This document shows positions 29,645 through 38,754 of a DNA stretch of 64,000 nucleotides, in pieces. Each line of letters starts with the position of its first letter. Within the stretch, counting starts at the first letter, position 1. The DNA is taken from assembly GCA_963664705.1 (NCBI GenBank), contig OY761556.1, forward strand, positions 1,472,001 through 1,536,000, given 5' to 3'. A program made the translations under genes and the position numbers. The notes under the pieces are model-generated. The model was not told the DNA's origin and searched no databases. It saw nothing but the letters and a program-made list of their open reading frames with translations. This DNA comes from Acidobacteriota bacterium. Its GTDB lineage: Bacteria > Acidobacteriota > UBA6911.

Positions 29645-30607
29645 ATGGTAAGAGATTCTTTGCAGAAAAAGAATGAAGCGCTTCCGGATAGCGAGCGACT
29701 GCAGATAGAAGAGGTAACGATCCGGGAGTTTTCGACAACGCCGGCCCTCGGTCTGGAACTGGAGGTTCTGCAAGACCGGGGGCTGGATAATAAGATCGGG
29801 TCTGCCCGCATCCAGAAGCTGGGAATGGGGCTGGCCGGGTTCTCCGGGTATATTCATCCCAATCGCATTCAGGTCTTCGGCAGCAGCGAATTGAACTATT
29901 TGCGGGACCTGGACCCGGAGGCGCGATCGGCGGCCGTGCAGCGGCTGGGAAAATATAAAATCTGCTGCATCCTGGTTACCAAGGGGCTTGAAGTTACCGG
30001 TGAACTGCTGAAGCTTGCGGCGGAAAACAGCATCCCGGTGCTGCGGAGCCGAGTAGTCAGCTCCGTGGCCATGGAAAAGATTGTTGCCTACCTCGAGGTT
30101 CGGCTGGCTCCAAGGATGACCATCCATGGAGTGCTGCTCGAGATCTTTGGCTTGGGCGTTCTCATCCTGGGGCCCTCCGGCATTGGGAAGAGCGAATGCG
30201 CCCTGGAACTGATCCTCAAAGGGCATCGCCTGATTACTGACGATGCCGTCGATATCACGAGGATCGGAATTGATCGCCTGTCCGGTTCCGGCGGGGACAT
30301 ACTGAAGCATCACATGGAATTGCGCGGGCTCGGAATCATCAACATCCGGGAACTCCTCGGGATTTCCGCCACCGGCGCATCGCAGAATATTGATTTTGCC
30401 GTGCGGCTGGAGCGTTGGAAATCCGATGCGGAATACGACCGGCTGGGACTGGATCAGTCCAGCCTCGAATTGCTGGGCGTCTCCATCCCCGTAATCGATA
30501 TGCCGGTAGCACCGGGAAGGAATATGGCGACATTGGTTGAAGTGGCGGCGCGGATTCATCTTCTGCGGCAGCGCGGTTACCGCCCCTTTGAAGAGCCGAG
30601 TCAATAA
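29645..30607 (+). CDS. hprK: HPr kinase/phosphorylase
   Basis: HGVL, GPSGIGKSE, LITDD, MELRGLGII, PVAPGRN. Confidence 0.96.
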   Translation: MVRDSLQKKNEALPDSERLQIEEVTIREFSTTPALGLELEVLQDRGLDNKIGSARIQKLGMGLAGFSGYIHPNRIQVFGSSELNYLRDLDPEARSAAVQRLGKYKICCILVTKGLEVTGELLKLAAENSIPVLRSRVVSSVAMEKIVAYLEVRLAPRMTIHGVLLEIFGLGVLILGPSGIGKSECALELILKGHRLITDDAVDITRIGIDRLSGSGGDILKHHMELRGLGIINIRELLGISATGASQNIDFAVRLERWKSDAEYDRLGLDQSSLELLGVSIPVIDMPVAPGRNMATLVEVAARIHLLRQRGYRPFEEPSQ

Positions 30608-30611
30608 TGAT

Positions 30612-30663
30612 TTCGTCATTCGTCATTCGTAATTCGTCATTCGTAATTCGTAATTCGTAATTT
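30612..30663. repeat. Heptamer array (TTCGTCA/TTCGTAA)7 inside the hprK-rapZ junction
   Basis: Seen directly; reverse orientation of the ATTACGA family. Confidence 0.9.
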
Positions 30664-30666
30664 GAT

Positions 30667-31527
30667 ATGGGACTCCGAGATCTGGTCGTTCTAACAGGGA
30701 TGAGCGGTTCCGGCAAAGGGACGGTTTTAAGGACCTTTGAGGATCTTGGTTTCTTCTGCATTGACAATCTTCCGGTGCCGCTGATTCCGAATCTGGTGGA
30801 AGGGATTCATGTATCGGGCGGCGACATCAAGCACGCAGCCCTGGTCATCGATATTCGCGCGGGGGAGCGGCTGCAGGGGCTGGACCGCTTGATCGGCGAT
30901 CTCCGGAACAACTCTTTCCGCCTGTTTGTCCTCTATCTCGAAGCGAGGGATGATGTCCTTGTCCGTCGATTCAGCGAGACGCGCCGGCCGCATCCGTTGT
31001 GTGCCGGGCAGCGGTCGTTGCGTGAAGCCATTCAGATGGAACGCCGGCGGTTGCGCAAACTTCGGGATCTGGCGGATCACATCATCGATACATCCGATAC
31101 CACGGTGCACCAGGTCCGTTCGCTGATCATGGAACGGTTCCGGAAGCGTCCGCACTCCGAGGAACTGAACGTCAATCTGCTGAGCTTCGGCTATAAAAAA
31201 GGGATCCCGCTCGAAGCCGACCTGCTTTTTGATGCGCGCTTCCTGCCTAACCCGTTTTTTGTGCCTCGCATCAAGGCGATGAGCGGCCTGGACCGGGGAG
31301 TGATCCGGTATCTGCGCTCATTTCCGGAAACCAAGGAGTTTGTAAAACGGATCGGAGATCTTCTACAATACCTGCTGCCGAACTACCTGCGGGAAGGGAA
31401 GAGCTACCTGACCGTGGCGGTTGGGTGTACCGGAGGCCGGCACCGTTCCGTTTTTGTAGTCGAAGAGCTGGCAAAATTTCTGAAGGACAGAAAGCGCACC
31501 ATTCATGTGCGTCACCGGGATCTATAA
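30667..31527 (+). CDS. rapZ: RNase adapter RapZ
   Basis: TGMSGSGK, DNLP, ETRRPHP, SFGYK, RFLPNP, GCTGGRHRSV, HRD. Confidence 0.96.
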   Translation: MGLRDLVVLTGMSGSGKGTVLRTFEDLGFFCIDNLPVPLIPNLVEGIHVSGGDIKHAALVIDIRAGERLQGLDRLIGDLRNNSFRLFVLYLEARDDVLVRRFSETRRPHPLCAGQRSLREAIQMERRRLRKLRDLADHIIDTSDTTVHQVRSLIMERFRKRPHSEELNVNLLSFGYKKGIPLEADLLFDARFLPNPFFVPRIKAMSGLDRGVIRYLRSFPETKEFVKRIGDLLQYLLPNYLREGKSYLTVAVGCTGGRHRSVFVVEELAKFLKDRKRTIHVRHRDL

Positions 31528-31551
31528 ATTCAGAGGAGAACAAGGCGCCTT

Positions 31552-31950
31552 ATGATCGGTGCACTGGTTGTAACGCATGGGCATCTGGGCCAGGAACTCG
31601 TGGCTGCCGCGGAAATGATTGTCGGCGATATTTCGCACATCAAATCCGTGTCTATCGGATGGCACGATGATGTGAACGATGCCCATAACGATATTGAACG
31701 GCGTATTGCCGAGGTTGAGAGTGGCAGCGGCGTGCTTATCCTGACGGATATGTTCGGCGGGACCCCCTCCAACATCGCCCTGTCCTTTCACGATCCGGGG
31801 AAAGTGGATGTCCTGACCGGCGTCAACCTGCCCATGATCATTCGAATCGCAAGCCAGAAGGAAGGGGATACCCTGGATTCGCTCGCCCGCACAGTCAGGG
31901 ATCAGGGCCGGTCCAGCATTTCGATGGCCAGCGACTTTCTAACCGCATGA
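31552..31950 (+). CDS. PTS EIIA, mannose/fructose family
   Basis: VTHG, DMFGGTPSN, GVNLPM. Confidence 0.93.
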   Translation: MIGALVVTHGHLGQELVAAAEMIVGDISHIKSVSIGWHDDVNDAHNDIERRIAEVESGSGVLILTDMFGGTPSNIALSFHDPGKVDVLTGVNLPMIIRIASQKEGDTLDSLARTVRDQGRSSISMASDFLTA

Positions 31951-32222
31951 TTCGTCAATCCGTGCTGGTCTCGAACAAACTTGGTCTTCATGCGCGCGCG
32001 GCGGCAAAGCTGGTCAGGCTTGCGTCCAGTTTCGCCAGCGAGATTCATTTATCGCGCGAAGATGCGAATCAGATGATTGATTCCAAAAGCATTCTCGGCA
32101 TCCTGATGCTTGCCGCAGCGAAGGGAACGCGGCTGGTGATCTCCATCGAAGGACAGGATGAAGCGGCAGCCGGTGAGGCGATCTGCAGGCTTTTTGATGG
32201 CAAGTTTGGAGAGGAAAGCTGA
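31947..32222 (+). CDS. ptsH: Phosphocarrier protein HPr
   Basis: GLHARAA (His15) and KSILGIL (Ser46). Confidence 0.95.
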   Translation: MIRQSVLVSNKLGLHARAAAKLVRLASSFASEIHLSREDANQMIDSKSILGILMLAAAKGTRLVISIEGQDEAAAGEAICRLFDGKFGEES

Positions 32223-34039
32223 TGGCTGCCCAGAACGAGATCATTTTCAGCGGAAGCGGCGTGTCTCCCGGGATAGTCTTGGGCCAGGCTCTGAAGCTCG
32301 ACAGCCATAACCGGCTCATTCTGAAAATTCAGATCGATGATGTGGAATCGGAGGCGGACCGGTATCTGCGGGCGATCGAGGCGGCAAAAGATCAAATGCA
32401 GATGCTGCGATCCCGCCTGGAGGAAAAAGTCGGGAACGAACACGGCATTATTCTCGATGCCCATCTGCTCATCCTGGAAGACCGGAACTTCAATGCCGAG
32501 ATTCTCGCGACCATACGCGAGGGGCACGCCAACGCCGAATGGGCGGTGGTGCAGGCCACCGACCGGCTGGTCCACGCTTACAAATCGCTGGACGACGAGT
32601 ATTTCAGGGAACGCCACAGTGACATTGAGCAGGTCGCGGAACGCATTCTGCTGAATCTTTCGGGAGATCGGCCTTTGAGTTGGGAGCATCTCTCGGGAGA
32701 CCTGATCCTCGTGTCTCACGATTTTAACCCGTCCAATTTTGCCACGATGGACACGCACAAGGTTCTCGGCCTTGCCCTGGAATCGGGCGGCAGGACCTCC
32801 CACACGGCAATTATCAGCAGAGGGCTGCGCCTCCCGACGGTCATGGGCGTTCAGGATCTGCTGCCCTCGGTCTCCACGGGAGATACGCTCCTGCTGGACG
32901 GAGATGAGGGCCTGGTAATCGTCCATCCTTCGCCGGAAAGAATTCAAGCCGCACGCCTGCGAATGGAGGCCTTTGTCTCGCGGCCGGAGTCTTCTGCCGC
33001 CACCACCAGCCCCGTTACAAAAACTAAGGATGGCACCGTTGTCTCGCTGCGCGCGAATACGGAATTGCCGCGCGAACTGGAGACCGCAAAAGCATGCGGA
33101 GCCGAAGGGATCGGACTTTTTCGCTCTGAGTTTCTGTATTTCGGCCACCCGAACCGGTTTCCGGGAATGGATGAGCAATTGGCCGCATACAAAGCTCTGG
33201 CCAAGGAGATGAGCCCCCACCCCGTGTCCATCCGAACGCTGGATGCCGGATCCGAACAGGTGGGTGGCCATGTCGATACCTCCGGTCAATCCAACCCGAG
33301 CATGGGCTTACGTGGGATCCGTTTGAGCCTGCATCGTGAACATGTCTTCCGGACCCAGATTGAAGCTATTCTGCGGGCGAGCTGTGAAGGCAATATTGAG
33401 ATCGTGCTGCCGATGATTTCCACCGTCGAAGAGATCTGGCAGGCCAAAGAGGTGATCTCAAAAATGCGGGCCAAGCTGACGAAGAAAGCCGGCCTGGACA
33501 TTCCCCCGGTCCCGCTGGGGGCAATGGTGGAGGTTCCCGCCGCGGTTCTCGCGCTGGAAACGCTGGCGGGAGAGGTTGATTTTCTTTGTGTCGGCACCAA
33601 CGATCTGATTCAGTACACCCTCGCCGTCGATCGCGGAAACCCGCATGTGGCTTATCTGTTCCAGCCGCTCCATCCCGCCGTGCTGCAATGCCTGGATCGA
33701 ATCGCCGAAGTTGCCGGAAAAGCGAACAAGCCGGTGCGTATCTGCGGGGAGATATCCTCCAATCCTATCTTTGCCGTCCTGCTCCTGGGAATGGGATTCA
33801 CGCAGTTGAGCATGAATCCTCTATCGATTCCGCAGATTCGCAAGGCGATTCGGGAGGTCCCCCTGCCCGAATGCCGGGCCATCGCCAAAAAAGCCCTGAC
33901 TTTTGTGACAGCCCACGATGTGCATCAGTACCTGACGGATGCGGTTTCGGGACTGATTACGTGGGATCTGGCGCCGTATGCGAATGAAATTGCGGTTTTT
34001 AGGGAAAGGAGAAAGGAGACAGGAGTCAGGAGACAGTAG
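32222..34039 (+). CDS. ptsI: PEP-protein phosphotransferase (enzyme I)
   Basis: GGRTSHTAI, GIGLFRSEF, RTLDAG, MGLRGIR, MVEVP, GTNDLIQY, ICGE. Confidence 0.96.
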   Translation: MAAQNEIIFSGSGVSPGIVLGQALKLDSHNRLILKIQIDDVESEADRYLRAIEAAKDQMQMLRSRLEEKVGNEHGIILDAHLLILEDRNFNAEILATIREGHANAEWAVVQATDRLVHAYKSLDDEYFRERHSDIEQVAERILLNLSGDRPLSWEHLSGDLILVSHDFNPSNFATMDTHKVLGLALESGGRTSHTAIISRGLRLPTVMGVQDLLPSVSTGDTLLLDGDEGLVIVHPSPERIQAARLRMEAFVSRPESSAATTSPVTKTKDGTVVSLRANTELPRELETAKACGAEGIGLFRSEFLYFGHPNRFPGMDEQLAAYKALAKEMSPHPVSIRTLDAGSEQVGGHVDTSGQSNPSMGLRGIRLSLHREHVFRTQIEAILRASCEGNIEIVLPMISTVEEIWQAKEVISKMRAKLTKKAGLDIPPVPLGAMVEVPAAVLALETLAGEVDFLCVGTNDLIQYTLAVDRGNPHVAYLFQPLHPAVLQCLDRIAEVAGKANKPVRICGEISSNPIFAVLLLGMGFTQLSMNPLSIPQIRKAIREVPLPECRAIAKKALTFVTAHDVHQYLTDAVSGLITWDLAPYANEIAVFRERRKETGVRRQ

Positions 34040-34119
34040 TCAGAATAGAATTCGCCAAAATTAGTACACCCTCCTGCCTCCTGACTCCTGACTCCTTTCT
34101 CCTGTCTCCTTTTCCTGAC
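34013..34119. repeat. Inverted pair of (GGAGTCA/GGAGACA)n heptamer arrays
   Basis: AGGAGACAGGAGTCAGGAGACAG...CTCCTGACTCCTGACTCCT; contains the ptsI stop codon. Confidence 0.85.
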
Positions 34120-34187
34120 ACTTTGCCGCAATCTCCGCATCTGATATGTTAGAAAAACGTAAAGCACACAGGAGGGAGGGTGTAAAC

Positions 34188-36287
34188 GTGATCCGCCGAC
34201 TGGTTCTCTTGGTGATTGCAGCTTGTCTGACCGGCGCCCTTGGTTTTACCAATCCGCAGGATGAAACCTATACACGCCTTGCGCGACTCTCTTTGGTTGA
34301 GGGGCGTGTCAGCTTTCAGCATGGTTCGGATGTGGACTGGTCCGCGGCAAGTGTCAACCTGCCGCTTGAACCGGGCGACCGTATTTATACCGGCAATGAT
34401 GGTAGAGCGGAGGTAGAGTTTGACGATGGCTCGACCTTTCGCATGGCCGAAAATACCGATATCGAAATCCTCTCTTTGCGCGAGGAGGGAATCCAGATAC
34501 GGATGTCTCTGGGGCTTTCCACGCTGAATGTTCTGGGAAATGCGGATTTTGAAGTCGACACTCCCACGGCCGCGTTTAACGCGGTGCGGGAAGGCATCTA
34601 TCGCTTTGATGTTGTGGAAAATGGAGATACGGATGCCATTGTACGCAAGGGAGAAATGGAGGCCGCGAATAACCAGTTTTCGCAGCGTTTGCAGGCGGGA
34701 GAGCTTCTGCACCTGACTCTGAAGGATAGAGATAACCCGGAAGTATCCAGCTATGACCGGCGGGATCAATGGGACGAGTGGAATGACCGGCGGAATGCCG
34801 ATCTCCGTGTTTACGGAAATCAGAGGTACCTGCCGGATGACGTCAACATGGGTGCGTCTGAACTGGACCGCTATGGCCGCTGGGTCAATGTGGAGACGTA
34901 TGGGAATGCTTGGATCCCCTACAACATGGCGGATTATTGGAGCCCCTATTCGGTTGGGCGATGGTGCTATCGCCCGATGTATGGGTGGACATGGATATCC
35001 TATGAGCCCTGGGGATGGCTCCCGTACCATTATGGACGTTGGTACCACAGCTCGCTTTACGGATGGTGCTGGCTGCCCGGTCCATCCTACGGGTTCAACT
35101 TCTGGTCTCCAGCCCTGGTGACTTTCTATAACGGACCCGGCTGGGTTTCCTGGTGCCCTCTGGGACCTGGAGATTACTACGACGTCCGGAATTACCATTA
35201 TCGACATGGAATTTACAGCCACCAGATCGCCGAGCTTCGAAGGTTGAACACGAGACCGGCCGGCAACCCGTTCAACCGGGACGTGCGTGGCGCCTTCCGC
35301 ACCGCACAGCTTGAACAGTTCCGCGAGGGCAGCTTTGACGGCAGGAGCCGGAACACGCGGTTTGGAAATATCGATCGCCCGTGGAGCCAGGGGACTCTGG
35401 TGCAAAACCGGCTGGATATTCAGCCGTCCGCGAGAAGCTTCAGCGCGGTAACGGATCGCATCGCGGCGCGGCCCAGTACCGCTCGTCCTTTGCCCGTAGT
35501 GGTACGAGGCATTCCGGAGAAGAATTCCGGGGATCGCGAACGGTTTAATCAGATTACGAACTCCCAGATTCGTTCCGGCTGGTCCGGCAGCGCTCGAGTC
35601 CGAGGAGAACAGAATCCTGATGCCAGACCGAGCGGCCGGGCCATTCAGGTCCCACAAAATCCTCCGGCCTCGAATCCGGGCATGCAGGATCGGCGCGAGA
35701 ATAACGCCCGGCCTTTTGGGCGAACGAATGACAGCGAGAGCTCTCGCGGCGGATCCATCCGGCCAAGCCCCCGGGAGGATAATGCTCCGGCAGCCAGACC
35801 GGAACCGAGAGCGACACCGCAGAATCCTCCGTCAAGGCAGAATAATGAACGGTCAACTCCGGAACAGCGGCGGACTAACCCGCCTGCCCAGGCCAATCCG
35901 AGAAGCGAATTCCGGCAGAGCGACTCCGGCAGCTTCCTCCGCCCGAGCACAGGCCGCTGGAGCAGTCCTGCCCCGGCAGAGGCACCCAGGCCGGTGGAAG
36001 GTGTTCGCACCTTTACAGCGCCGAGATTTGGCAATGGTGCGGGAGGAGGGGCCGATTCCGGTCCGGCGTATGTTCGTCCATCAGAGCCCGCCAACGCCAA
36101 TCGCTCTGAATCCTGGCGAGCGCCTGAAGGGGGAAGGGCTCCCTCCTACAGCGCTCCCAGTGCTGCCCCTGCAGCCCGGCCCTCATTCGAGCGTGGCGGA
36201 GGGGTCCATTCAGCTCCAGCTCCTTCCCGTGAGAGCGGTTCTCCCGGCAGGAGTACCCCGGAAAATAACTCCGGCCGCCGCCGCTAG
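34188..36287 (+). CDS. FecR-domain plus DUF6600-like Trp-rich secreted protein with disordered tail
   Basis: Signal peptide; GD.I.TG..GRAEV FecR motif; PWGWLPYHYGRW segment; Pro/Arg/Ser tail; start could be 34146. Confidence 0.82.
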   Translation: MIRRLVLLVIAACLTGALGFTNPQDETYTRLARLSLVEGRVSFQHGSDVDWSAASVNLPLEPGDRIYTGNDGRAEVEFDDGSTFRMAENTDIEILSLREEGIQIRMSLGLSTLNVLGNADFEVDTPTAAFNAVREGIYRFDVVENGDTDAIVRKGEMEAANNQFSQRLQAGELLHLTLKDRDNPEVSSYDRRDQWDEWNDRRNADLRVYGNQRYLPDDVNMGASELDRYGRWVNVETYGNAWIPYNMADYWSPYSVGRWCYRPMYGWTWISYEPWGWLPYHYGRWYHSSLYGWCWLPGPSYGFNFWSPALVTFYNGPGWVSWCPLGPGDYYDVRNYHYRHGIYSHQIAELRRLNTRPAGNPFNRDVRGAFRTAQLEQFREGSFDGRSRNTRFGNIDRPWSQGTLVQNRLDIQPSARSFSAVTDRIAARPSTARPLPVVVRGIPEKNSGDRERFNQITNSQIRSGWSGSARVRGEQNPDARPSGRAIQVPQNPPASNPGMQDRRENNARPFGRTNDSESSRGGSIRPSPREDNAPAARPEPRATPQNPPSRQNNERSTPEQRRTNPPAQANPRSEFRQSDSGSFLRPSTGRWSSPAPAEAPRPVEGVRTFTAPRFGNGAGGGADSGPAYVRPSEPANANRSESWRAPEGGRAPSYSAPSAAPAARPSFERGGGVHSAPAPSRESGSPGRSTPENNSGRRR

Positions 36288-36296
36288 GCCGGGTTG

Positions 36297-36350
36297 TTCG
36301 TGAAATGTGTGGAATTCGTGGCAGCTTTTGGGGTTGCCACGAATTCCGCA
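36297..36350. repeat. Nonamer-family hairpin, possible terminator
   Basis: GGAATTCGTGGCA...TGCCACGAATTCC inverted repeat. Confidence 0.7.
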
Positions 36351-36425
36351 AAGCCTCCGAATGCAGCGCTCCTCATCCCTTTGATGCTTCGTCCATCCTG
36401 AATCTGTGCTAGTCTACTGCGGTTT

Positions 36426-38219
36426 ATGGATATATACCGGAAGCTCTACCAGTTCGTTCGTCCGTACCGGGGCACCCTGGTTCTTGCCATGGCGCTTTCC
36501 GTCCTGTTCGGTCTTCTTGAAGCTGCATTGACCTCTCTTTCGATCCCCATGTTCGATGATGTCCTGGTCAAATCGCAGGTTTCCGACTTCACTTCCATCC
36601 AGCATTTCATCTCAATTTTTCTCGCCATTTTCCCCGGGAACAAGATAACGCGGCTGTGTGTGGCGATCCTTGTTTTGGCTTTATTGAAGGGACTTTCCCT
36701 TTATTATGCAAACTATTTCATGAACCGTGTTGGGCAGGGGGTCGTCACGGATCTGCGGAACGCTCTTTTCCATCATGTACTAGGGCAGTCCATGGGATTC
36801 TTCTCTCTGAATTCCACCGGCCGGCTCATGTCCAGGATGAGTGGAGATGTGGAACAGGTACAGGAATCGGTCTCCAACGTCCTTGCGGACTTTGTCCGGG
36901 AAGTCGTTACGCTGCTGTTTCTCCTGTGCGTCACGCTGTGGATTGACTGGAGGCTGGCGTGTCTTTCGCTTCTGATCGCTCCCTTTGTCCTGGTCCTCAC
37001 GCTTGGAATGGGAAAGCGCATCCGCCGCGTCAGTCTGAGGGGCAGGGAAGATGCCGCTACTTTGAATGATCAGCTTCAGCAATCGATTACGGGGATGCGC
37101 ATCATCAAGGCGTTCGGAATGGAGGCGCACGAGGAGGATCGCTTTCGCCATAATTCGGCCCGGCTGTACCGCAGCAATGTGAAAGCGGCGGCCATCCTTT
37201 TTCTGAATTCCCCGGTAATGGAGTTCATCGGATTTGCCGTTTTCATTCCGTTTCTGTATTACGCTTCAGGTCGCATCAACACCGATAAGACCCTGACCTT
37301 CGGGCTCTTTGGCGGGTCGATGTTCAGCCTTTTCCGCATGTATGACCCGATTCGGAAGCTCAGCCGGATGCATGTTCAGTTTCAGCGGGCTATTGCCTCG
37401 GGTGCGCGCATTGTGGAACTCCTGGAAGAGCACAGGGAAATCCAGGATCGTCCCGGGGCAAAAACGCTGGGCGGAATCAATGAATCGATCGAATTCAGGG
37501 ACGTCTGCTTTGATTACGTGGATCAAAGCGGTGAAACGCGAGTGCTGAAGGATATCAATCTGAAGGTCGAGCGGAACCAGGTGGTGGCCATAGTTGGCAG
37601 CAGCGGTTCCGGCAAGACCACGCTGGCTGGGCTGATCCCTCGCTTTTACGATCCTACGTCCGGGAAAGTTCTAATCGATGGCATCGACATCCGCGAATAC
37701 ACCCAGAACTCGCTGCGGAAGCAGATCGCCATGGTTACGCAGGAGACTTTTCTCTTCAACGACACGGTTCGGAACAATATCGGGTATGGAAACATCCTGG
37801 CATCGGAAGAGGAGGTTGTCGCGGCATCACGGGTGGCATTGGCGGACGATTTCATCTCTCGCTTTCCCATGAAATATGCCACCTTGATCGGCGAACGCGG
37901 CCAGCGATTGTCCGGAGGGGAGCGCCAGCGGATCTCGATCGCGCGAGCGCTGCTCAGAAATGCGCCTATCCTGGTTTTGGATGAAGCAACGTCGGCCCTG
38001 GATTCGGAATCGGAAAAACTGGTTCAGCAGGCGCTTACGAATCTTATCCGGGACCGGACCACCTTTGTCATTGCGCATCGTCTGTCGACGATACGGAATG
38101 CGGACATGATTGTGGTCATTGACAAGGGGAGAATCGTGGAGTCGGGGACGCACGACGTGCTGATAGCCCGGGATGGCCATTATCGGAAGTTCTTCCGCCT
38201 CCAGACGGAAGAAGACTAG
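36426..38219 (+). CDS. msbA: MsbA-like lipid A export ABC transporter
   Basis: TM domain plus GSSGSGKTT, LSGGERQR and DEATSALD; TG.LMSR motif. Confidence 0.85.
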   Translation: MDIYRKLYQFVRPYRGTLVLAMALSVLFGLLEAALTSLSIPMFDDVLVKSQVSDFTSIQHFISIFLAIFPGNKITRLCVAILVLALLKGLSLYYANYFMNRVGQGVVTDLRNALFHHVLGQSMGFFSLNSTGRLMSRMSGDVEQVQESVSNVLADFVREVVTLLFLLCVTLWIDWRLACLSLLIAPFVLVLTLGMGKRIRRVSLRGREDAATLNDQLQQSITGMRIIKAFGMEAHEEDRFRHNSARLYRSNVKAAAILFLNSPVMEFIGFAVFIPFLYYASGRINTDKTLTFGLFGGSMFSLFRMYDPIRKLSRMHVQFQRAIASGARIVELLEEHREIQDRPGAKTLGGINESIEFRDVCFDYVDQSGETRVLKDINLKVERNQVVAIVGSSGSGKTTLAGLIPRFYDPTSGKVLIDGIDIREYTQNSLRKQIAMVTQETFLFNDTVRNNIGYGNILASEEEVVAASRVALADDFISRFPMKYATLIGERGQRLSGGERQRISIARALLRNAPILVLDEATSALDSESEKLVQQALTNLIRDRTTFVIAHRLSTIRNADMIVVIDKGRIVESGTHDVLIARDGHYRKFFRLQTEED

Positions 38220-38237
38220 TCAAGGCCGCCGTCCCTG

Positions 38238-38535
38238 CTAATGCCGCATACTAATTGTTCTGAACCCTGCGGCGCGAGCGAGGCACCAGGCCCGGAGGGC
38301 CGAAAGCGAGTAGCCGGGGGTGAAGCGCAGCGAACCCCCGGATTGGATTAGACCAGTAACAAGCCCTGAAGGGGCGGCAGAATGCCCGATCTTACGCCCC
38401 TACCGGGGCTCTTTCTTGCGCTTATCTGTACCGGGGGTTCGCTGCGCTTCACCCCCGGCTACTTTCTGTTCGCCCCTCCGGGGCTGATACGCATTGCGAT
38501 ACCAAGTTCCTTTGGCAAATAATATGCAGCATTAG
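38238..38535. mobile_element. MITE/REPIN-like non-autonomous element (family A)
   Basis: Imperfect terminal inverted repeats CTAATGCCGCATACTAATT / AAATAATATGCAGCATTAG; nested internal palindromes; homologous to 43436-43790. Confidence 0.7.
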
Positions 38536-38693
38536 CCGTCCCGACGGCATCAACGTCGTGGAAGCGGCCACGTTCTTGCCAGTGAGACGCCGATACGCCC
38601 GAGTGAAGCCTTCCCTGCCCGCAACGACTGCGCTCCCGGAGCAATTTGCAATCGTTCCCGATTTTCTAAAGTCAAAAGATACAAAGGTTAACC

Positions 38694-38722
38694 TTGACGT
38701 ATCCCCCCATCCTCGCTACACT
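38694..38722 (+). promoter_or_regulatory. Putative sigma70 promoter of the yicC-gmk-rpoZ operon
   Basis: TTGACG-17 bp-TACACT. Confidence 0.6.
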
Positions 38723-38754
38723 ATTTTGATTTCGGCACCGAGGTATGCCAACCG

